A DNA stretch of 64,000 nt from an uncultured delta proteobacterium (lineage in GTDB: Bacteria > Myxococcota_A > Polyangia > Polyangiales > B10-G4), in the NCBI GenBank assembly GCA_963727445.1, contig CAVSGI010000006.1:96001-160000 (forward strand). Direction: 5' to 3'. Each line of letters starts with the position of its first letter. Position 1 is the first letter of the stretch. Below the pieces are notes generated by a model, which had not been told where the DNA came from, searched no databases, and saw only the letters and a program-made list of their open reading frames with translations. The position numbers were made by a program, and so were the translations under genes. Below are positions 57,378 to 64,000 of this stretch, in pieces.

Positions 57378-57542
57378 GGGGTGTCCCTAGTTTTGCTCCC
57401 GTCGAATCCCGAGCATCTCGCGGCCTCCGGGCCGTCCCGCGGCTCCTCAACGATACTCGGCATCGCCTCGTCGGCCGCTGAACACCCCGAAGACCACAAT
57501 CTACCCGAGCTTCTCGGTCCGAAAACTAGGGACACCCCCTAG
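57374..57542. mobile_element. MITE-like inverted-repeat element C (169 bp)
   Basis: Perfect 21-bp inverted repeat CTAGGGGGTGTCCCTAGTTTT (57374-57394) / AAAACTAGGGACACCCCCTAG (57522-57542); CTAG at both ends (possible CTAG or TA target duplication); left end supplies the lipoprotein TAG. Confidence 0.8.
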
Positions 57543-57551
57543 CCCACTGGG

Positions 57552-59408
57552 TCAGTCCTTGAGGATGTCGTCGAGGTAGTCGGGGGCGGTGTGGCAGAGG
57601 TGCGTCTCGGCGAAGCCCGGCTGGGCGGTGCGCTCGCCGATGGGGCGGTTGCCGCCGCTGTCCATCAGGCAGCCTTCTTCGTCGAAGGCGTTGTGGAAGA
57701 CGGTGGGCGGGCCGAAGGGCTCGGCGAGGCCGAGGCTGTGGCCGAGCTCGTGGGCGGTGGTCTCGCCGACCATGCTCGCCAGCGCTTCGAGCGCGCGGTG
57801 CACTTCGTTGACCCGATCGCCCGGTCCGTCACCCGCGATCTCGGCGAGCGTGGCCGGGTTGCCGGTGCGGACGGGATCGAAGATCTCGTCGAAGAGCGGA
57901 TCCGGATCGGGGCGGCTGGGGGGCGCGTCTCCCGGGAGATCGGGGTGTGACGAGAAGTAGAGCATCGACTCGATGAAGACGCCGCCGAAGCCCCGGTAGC
58001 CCATGTCCTGGGTCTCCCAGTTGTCGCCGCCGATCTTGTCGTAGAGCCGGACGTTGCCCACGTCCTTGCCGGGGGTGTTGTCGAAGCCGAAGAGGCCGGT
58101 GCCGTTCGGGTCGGGGCCGCCGACCTCCACCGTGGCGTAGCCGTTCTGAGAGAAGTCGGTCGGCTCCTCGAGGCGAACGTCGACGTTCCATCCGTCGTAG
58201 ATCGATTCCATGCGCGCTTCGACGAGCGACTCGATCTGCCCCGCGCTGGCCTCGAGCCCGAAGTACGGAAGGCTCGCATAGAAGCCCGGCAGGAAGCGGA
58301 CGAAGACGACCTGCGTCACCTGCGCCAGGGTGAAGGTGAAGGGCACCGGCGAGCCCTGCTGCTCCTCCGCTCCCTTGATCACCACCGGCGTCGCCATGCC
58401 GGTGAAGACGCCGCGCCGCGCGCGGAACAGCTTGGAGATGAGGTTGTTGCTCCGAATGTCGTACTCGATCACCGCCTGCATCTCTGTGCCGCTGCGCCAG
58501 GTCAGGACCAGCTCGTCGTCGAAAGGGGCGGGCGCTCCGTCGTCGGGATCGAACTCGCCGCTGAGGCGGATCAGCGTCTGCTCGTCGGGCTCGTCGGGGC
58601 CCCCGAGGAAGCCCGCGCCGCGGACGGCGACGATCTGCTCGATGGAGGCGACCGCCGGGTCGATGGCGAAGAGGTCCGGTGGTCCGAAGACCAGCTGGAT
58701 GGTCTGGCCGCTCGAGGATGTGCGCCCGCCGGAGGTGAGCTCCGACTCGAGGGTGATCGTTCCGTCGAAGGTGCCCGGGTGGACGCTGCCGAGGGCGGTG
58801 GTCAGGCGCACCAGGCCGCGGTCGCGTGCGAAGCGCTCGGCGGGCAGCACGGGGAGGCCGACCGACACGCTGCGGGTGGGGCCGCCGCCGTCTTCGACGA
58901 AGGTGCCCTCGAAGCGGGCGGTGATGGTGCCCTCGGTCGCGGAGATGAAGCCGTCGCCGCTCACGAGCGCCTCGTCGTTGTAGTTGACGAAGCCGTCGGT
59001 GAGGCCGTCGAGGCGCACGGGGAGATCGAAAGCGACCTCGAGGAAGAAGGGGAAGGGGTCGGAGGAGCCGTTGTCGCCTCGGAGCACGACGGTGACGTCG
59101 GCGGGGCCCGGCCCGAGCGCGTTCACAAGGTTCGGCGTGACGCGGAAGAAGAGCTCTCCCACCTCGCCGGTCTCCTCGAGCGGCAGGTCGTCGCCCCCCG
59201 CGTCACCGTCGACGGCGAGGGTGGGCTCGGGCCCGAGCCCGTCGAAGTGTAGGCCGGTCACGCGGAGGAGGGAGCCTTCGAGCACCGGCGTGGACGCCTG
59301 CATGTCCACGATCTGCGGGGGGTCCACGTAGCTCGGCGGCGGGGGCGTGCCAGGACACCCCGCGAGGAGCAGGGCGGCGAAGAGAGCGGAAGCGAGTGAA
59401 CGACCCAT
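57552..59408 (-). CDS. Lipoprotein with IPT/Ig-like regions and a C-terminal zinc metallopeptidase motif
   Basis: Lipobox LAGC; TTAHELGHSLGL...H...CLMD (HExxH plus Met-turn-like); TGATG overlap with the upstream gene. Confidence 0.75.
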   Translation of the reverse strand: MGRSLASALFAALLLAGCPGTPPPPSYVDPPQIVDMQASTPVLEGSLLRVTGLHFDGLGPEPTLAVDGDAGGDDLPLEETGEVGELFFRVTPNLVNALGPGPADVTVVLRGDNGSSDPFPFFLEVAFDLPVRLDGLTDGFVNYNDEALVSGDGFISATEGTITARFEGTFVEDGGGPTRSVSVGLPVLPAERFARDRGLVRLTTALGSVHPGTFDGTITLESELTSGGRTSSSGQTIQLVFGPPDLFAIDPAVASIEQIVAVRGAGFLGGPDEPDEQTLIRLSGEFDPDDGAPAPFDDELVLTWRSGTEMQAVIEYDIRSNNLISKLFRARRGVFTGMATPVVIKGAEEQQGSPVPFTFTLAQVTQVVFVRFLPGFYASLPYFGLEASAGQIESLVEARMESIYDGWNVDVRLEEPTDFSQNGYATVEVGGPDPNGTGLFGFDNTPGKDVGNVRLYDKIGGDNWETQDMGYRGFGGVFIESMLYFSSHPDLPGDAPPSRPDPDPLFDEIFDPVRTGNPATLAEIAGDGPGDRVNEVHRALEALASMVGETTAHELGHSLGLAEPFGPPTVFHNAFDEEGCLMDSGGNRPIGERTAQPGFAETHLCHTAPDYLDDILKD

Positions 59409-61897
59409 CACCCGGGAATGCAGACGAACTGCAGGAAGCTGTCGACGTCGGTCTTCACCCCGCAGCGGTAGCCTTCGGAGAGGCGGCAGATCTCGTCCGC
59501 GCTCCAGCAGTCGACCGCACACACGTTGTCGCCGCCCTCGTTCACGCAATAGGTGCCTGTCTCGCAGTCCGCGTCGCGGGTGCAGCCGGCCCGTGCGCAA
59601 TAACCGCCGGGCCAGTCGAGGCACGCCCGCTGCCCACCGCAATCGCCGAAATCGCTGCAGGCTTCGCCGTTCTGTCCGCTGCCCCGCGCGCCACAGTAGC
59701 GGCCCTCGGCGAACCACTTGCACGCCTCGGTGGACTTGCACTCGCTGTTGACGCGGCACTCTTCGCCGCAGTGGCTCACCGCGGCCGACGGCCCGGGCGC
59801 CGGGCAGATGTGGCCCGTGGGACAGTCGGTGTCGAAGGTGCACGCATCGGAGCGGCAGCTGCCGCTCTCGCATACCTCGCCGCTCGAGCACTCGCTCGAG
59901 CGTACGCAGCCGCTGAAGCTGGTGAAGCGGACCTCGCCGAGATAGTCGCCGAAGCCGGTGCCGAAGCCGTAGGTGCGGATCGTGTAGGTGCCCGTCTCGA
60001 AGAGATCCATCTCGATGGTCTCGATGTCGGTGGTGCCGCGGCTCGAGCCGACGAGGGTGCCGGTCGGTCCGTAGAGCTCGAGGTCGAGGTCGCCCATGCT
60101 GTCGTCGAAGGTCATGGTGATGGAGATGCCGGTGGGGCTCGAGACGCTGAAGCTCACGTAGTCGTCGTCGCCCGGACAGATGGTGCCGTCGAAGCTGTTG
60201 TCCGTCGGCAACGAACGCGCGGTGCTCCGCGTGTCGTCGGGCTCTCCGGCGTCGTCGGTGCAGCAGGAGCCGGCCGCGCGGCTCACCCGCATCGAGTAGT
60301 GGTTCTCGCTCCCCAGATAACCGTAGACGCGCGCGTACACCTCGCCCGCGGTGGGCAGGCAGTAGCTGACGCTCTCGCTGTTGGTCACGCCCGCGCTCGA
60401 GCGCAGGATGGTGCCCGAGGAGCTCCGGAGCTGCAGGTCGAGGTCGCCTTCGGAGCTGACGAAGCCGTCGACGGTGACGGTGATGTCGGTGCCGGTGGAG
60501 CCGGTGATGCGGTAGTAGTCGTCGTCGCTCGAGCAGATCTGAGCGCTGAAGCTGTCGGGAGCGGTGGCTGCGGCGGATGCCGAGTCGTTCTCCTCGTACA
60601 TGTCGTCGGTGCAGCTGCCGCTCGGGCCGGGCCCGCCGCAGAGATCGCTCACCGGGCCGCAGCCCTGGGCGATGCCGCCGCCGGTGGTGGTGCGGCTGCC
60701 GCAGGCGCCCTCGACGCAGCTCGCGCCGCCAGCGCAGCTCGGGATGCACCGGGCGCCGCTCGCGCTCGATGCGCAGATGCCGGAGTCGCAGTCGGCGTTG
60801 GTGGTGCAGTGATCACAGGTCGCGAGCCCGCCGCTGCTCATGCCGCCGAGGGCGACGAAGCTGAACAGCGCGCTGTCGACGCGATGGTCGCAGAGGGTGC
60901 CCGAGGGGTCGTCGTTGTCGGTGGCGCTGACCAGGAAGAAGACCTGCTGCTCCTCACCTTCGTCGAGGCCGAGGTTGGGCACGCGCGCCAGGAAGCGGCC
61001 GCCCTCGTCGCTGAAGCTCACCTGCTCGAACTCGGTGATGTCGGGCTTTTCGGGGTCGTCGGGGGCGCTGGTCGAGTAGTAGAGGAGCGGCGGATCGCGC
61101 AGGCCCATGTCGTCGCTCACGTTGGCCTCGACGGCGTAGCCGCCGCGGTTTTCGACGCGCGCGCCTTCGCTCGGCGACAAGACGCTGATGGTGGGCTCGG
61201 CCCCGGGACAGTCGTCCTTGCTGCCGCTCCTCAGCACGATGACGAAGTTGTGGAGCGTGGGCTCGTGGTCGCCGTCGTCGGCCTCGAGCGCGATCGTCCA
61301 GCGCTCGTTGGCCGCCGCCTGGTCGGGCTCGGGGATCCACTGGAACTCGGCCTGCTTGGGGCCGGTGGAGTCGAGGCGCGCGCCGTCGGGGAGGCTGCCG
61401 CGGACGCTGATCATCACGTCGCTCGAGTCGTCGTCGCGAACCTCGACGTCGAAGCTGACCGTGTTCTCGCGCTCGAGGTCGAAGGTGCGTCCAGCGCCGG
61501 GGCGGAGAAAGACGGGGGCCGCGTCGGAGGCGGCGGTCACCGTGACCACCAGGTTGCGCGAGTCGACGACGCTGCTCCCGGCGAGGAGCTGGATTTCGAT
61601 CTCGTGGGTGCCCACGTGACTCGCGAGCGGCGAGTAGCGGAAGAAGCCGCTGCCGCCGGTGCCACCGATCGTCGCCGCGGCTTCGAAGCCGGGCAGGTCG
61701 GGCGCGACGAAGCCCCAGGTGTTGGAGGAGCTCGCGCCCGAGGCGGTCAGGGGCACGGTGAGGGTGTCGAAGACGGCGACTTCCTGCGGGGCGATGGGGT
61801 CGATGGACCCGCCGCCTCCACAGGCAAGGCCAGAAGCCACCAGGATGGGGATGATCGCGACACTTAGGGCGTGGGGGAGTCGGAAAAGCTGAGTCAT
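59408..61897 (-). CDS. Large lipoprotein with Ig-like domains, two PPC domains and Cys-rich repeats
   Basis: Lipobox GLAC; DDMYEEND...ICSSDDDYY...DLDLQL and DDAGEPDD...ICPGDDDYV...DLDLEL; Cys-rich tail with WPGGYC. Confidence 0.8.
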   Translation of the reverse strand: MTQLFRLPHALSVAIIPILVASGLACGGGGSIDPIAPQEVAVFDTLTVPLTASGASSSNTWGFVAPDLPGFEAAATIGGTGGSGFFRYSPLASHVGTHEIEIQLLAGSSVVDSRNLVVTVTAASDAAPVFLRPGAGRTFDLERENTVSFDVEVRDDDSSDVMISVRGSLPDGARLDSTGPKQAEFQWIPEPDQAAANERWTIALEADDGDHEPTLHNFVIVLRSGSKDDCPGAEPTISVLSPSEGARVENRGGYAVEANVSDDMGLRDPPLLYYSTSAPDDPEKPDITEFEQVSFSDEGGRFLARVPNLGLDEGEEQQVFFLVSATDNDDPSGTLCDHRVDSALFSFVALGGMSSGGLATCDHCTTNADCDSGICASSASGARCIPSCAGGASCVEGACGSRTTTGGGIAQGCGPVSDLCGGPGPSGSCTDDMYEENDSASAAATAPDSFSAQICSSDDDYYRITGSTGTDITVTVDGFVSSEGDLDLQLRSSSGTILRSSAGVTNSESVSYCLPTAGEVYARVYGYLGSENHYSMRVSRAAGSCCTDDAGEPDDTRSTARSLPTDNSFDGTICPGDDDYVSFSVSSPTGISITMTFDDSMGDLDLELYGPTGTLVGSSRGTTDIETIEMDLFETGTYTIRTYGFGTGFGDYLGEVRFTSFSGCVRSSECSSGEVCESGSCRSDACTFDTDCPTGHICPAPGPSAAVSHCGEECRVNSECKSTEACKWFAEGRYCGARGSGQNGEACSDFGDCGGQRACLDWPGGYCARAGCTRDADCETGTYCVNEGGDNVCAVDCWSADEICRLSEGYRCGVKTDVDSFLQFVCIPG

Positions 61898-61978
61898 GAC
61901 AGGCGACGAGATCCTATCACTCGGGCGAAGGTGGAGCGACGTCCGAGCGGATGGCCGTAAATGCATGGGTCATGCCCG

Positions 61979-63314
61979 CTACTGCACCATCGGGTTCGAG
62001 TGCTCGACGGCCATTCGTACGGAGTGACGCTCCACGCCCGAGGAGAGCTCGGGGGGCAGGGGGGCGAAGGGCGCGGCTTCGACGATCGCCGTGAGCGCCG
62101 CCTGATCGAAGTCGGCGAAGCCGCTCGAGCGTACGAGGCGCGGCTGGCCCGCGAGGTGCCCGTCGGGCGCCACGTCGAGGCGGTAGATCGTCACGCCCTG
62201 ATCCATCGCGATCATCCGGGCCCGCGGGAAGGTGAGCCGCTCCTGGACCCGGCGTTTCAGCGAGAGGTACCAGCGATGGTAGCGCCGGTCCGAGGTGTCG
62301 AGGGAGGTGTGACGCCCGTGTCCCGTCCCATGCGGGCGCGCGAGCCCGCCGGGCCCCTCGCCGCTGCCCACGCCGGGCGCGCCGCCGCCGCCGACCCCGC
62401 CACGTCCCTCGCCGTCGTGCGGACCGCTTCGGCGCGACGACTCCACCCAGGACTCCACCATCTGCGCCGCCAGGAGCTCGGCGTCCTGGTCGTCGCGCAC
62501 GCGCGGGTCTCGGAGCGCCGCGTTCGTGGCCGCAGGCCCCTGATCGACCGGCGGCCGACCGTGCGCGACGCGCGCGGCCTCGCTCGCGCGCTCGCCCCGC
62601 CCGTGCGCGATGCCGACGCCCGGCGACGCCTCTGCCGCGCCCGCGCGTTCGGCGCGCTCGCCGGCTTCACCCGGATGCTGCGCGGCGGATGCACCCGCGT
62701 GACCCGCGCGATCGGGCGCGCTCCCGATCGCGGCCACGCTCCCCGCGCGCGACGAGCGAACGTCCGAGGCGGCGCCGGCGGTGGTCGACGCCGGCGCGAT
62801 GCGTGCGCCCTCCCGGGCATCCCGAGCGGAGAGGGGACGACGCTCTGGATGAACGCCTTCACCCGACGCGAGCCAGGGATTGTCGTTCGGGTTCGGCGTC
62901 GCGCGCCGGTCCTCGCGCGTGGCGCGACTCGACGCAGTGCGGATGCGCTGGCTCTGCGCGCCGTCGTTGCTGTTGAGCGCGCTGTCCTGCAGCGTGATCA
63001 GGTCGTCGTGGGGGAGCAGCAGGATCACGGCCCGAGGACCGCGCCCGTCGCCGCGCTCTCCCCGACGTCGGGTGTCGACGTTCTGGGCCGAGTCTGCGCC
63101 GCCAGGGACCAGGGGCTGTGCCTGGTGATTGTCACGACCGCTCGTGGTCGGGGCGCTCTGAGCGATTCTCGTCGTCGGCCCCCACGATGTCGAGCTCGAT
63201 CGCGAGCTCTTCGGGCGCCGCTGCCGGCAGCCGCAAGAGCACAAGCACGAAGGTCAGATGCAGCCCCACCGAGGAAAGGGCCGCGACCAGTGCCGCTCGC
63301 GCCTCCGAACTCAC
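61979..63314 (-). CDS. TonB-family energy transducer; frameshift near 63135
   Basis: N-terminal TM with S-x3-H (LSSVGLHL) in ORF 63132..63314; C-terminal FPRARMIAMDQG...LVRSSGFADFDQAALTAIVEAAPFAPLP in ORF 61979..63244. Confidence 0.75.
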
Positions 63315-63393
63315 GATGCATAGAGCTTAACCCGCCGCAGGCGACCTGCACGGGGGAAGGGCGGGGCGCGCCATCGGGTCGTGGCGTTTTGCC

Positions 63394-64000
63394 TCAGGCC
63401 TTGGCCTTCGACTTGCTCTTCTTCCCCTTCTTGGCCTTCTTGGCGCCCTTCTTCTGCTTGTCTTCCGCGGCCTCTTCCTCGTCTTCGGGGGGCCAGCGGG
63501 CTTCCTTGGGGATCGTCGGCTCGGGGTGTGTGTAGATGTACCACATGATGACCGAGCCGACGCCGACGAGCGCGAGCGAGCCCCACTGGCCGGGGGTGAG
63601 CCCGGCGTAGGTGGCGTCGTCGACGCGGAGGTAGTCGAGGGGGAAGCGCACCGGCGCGTAGATGAGCGGCAGAAGGCCCATGTAGAAGCCGGTGCGCCGC
63701 TTGGGGTTCTGCTTGTGCAGGAAGAGGAAGAGCGCGACGGCGCCAGCGGCCCAGAAGACTTCGTAGAGCCCGAGGTCGTGGCGCGTGGGCCAGACCTGCA
63801 CGCCGTCGATGATCTGGGGCGTGCCAAAGGTCTTGTAGTTCTCGACGCCGAGGAAGAAGTCGGTCTCCTTGCCCGGGTGATCGTGGGTGATGAAGCAGCC
63901 GATGCGGCCGAAGAACCAACCGAAGGGGAAGGCGAAGGTCGCTGCTTCGCCGATGGCGATCATCGAGTAGCCGCGTTTCCACTTCCACAGGAGCAGTCCG
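63394..64000 (-). CDS. lgt: Prolipoprotein diacylglyceryl transferase, 5' end outside the window
   Basis: FGRIGCFITHDHPG, RHDLGLYE, YAPVRFPLDYLR, YAGLTPGQW; Lys-rich tail. Confidence 0.85.
   Translation of the reverse strand, partial: GLLLWKWKRGYSMIAIGEAATFAFPFGWFFGRIGCFITHDHPGKETDFFLGVENYKTFGTPQIIDGVQVWPTRHDLGLYEVFWAAGAVALFLFLHKQNPKRRTGFYMGLLPLIYAPVRFPLDYLRVDDATYAGLTPGQWGSLALVGVGSVIMWYIYTHPEPTIPKEARWPPEDEEEAAEDKQKKGAKKAKKGKKSKSKAKA

Overview
High-GC chromosomal segment of a myxobacterium (Myxococcota, probably Polyangia/Sandaracinus-like). The assignment rests on mglBA, a MYXO-CTERM-like tail, four Hanks-type Ser/Thr kinases, an FHA-sigma54 activator and Cys-rich lipoproteins. About 55 genes are densely packed: ftsE-ftsX-envC, pfkA, mglBA plus a second MglA-like GTPase, two sppA paralogs, a LysR-VOC-Fe-ADH unit, gcvT-gcvH-gcvPA-pccB, a kinase-linked GT-C/flippase/acyltransferase/GT2 envelope glycosylation cluster, mutL-miaA, mutS2, several surface lipoproteins, a TonB-family gene and partial lgt. 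At least 11 genes, including housekeeping ones, are broken by frameshifts. Those traced by hand are single-base insertions and are most likely read or assembly errors. No rRNA, tRNA, CRISPR array, transposase, integrase or phage gene was seen. The main non-coding signals are (i) three different 130-170 bp inverted-repeat (MITE-like) elements, each between convergent genes, each overlapping a TAG stop codon and sharing a CCT...hairpin...CCT core, and (ii) TANNNT -10 boxes 6-9 nt before many start codons, suggesting widespread leaderless mRNAs. Candidate under-described systems: kinase-coupled GT-C glycosylation operon, TPR/beta-strand protein + Cys-rich lipoprotein + kinase module, SppA with a putative beta-barrel N-terminus, extended MglA paralog, and Met-rich extracytoplasmic kinase tails. 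All family calls come from motif recognition by eye, not database searches.
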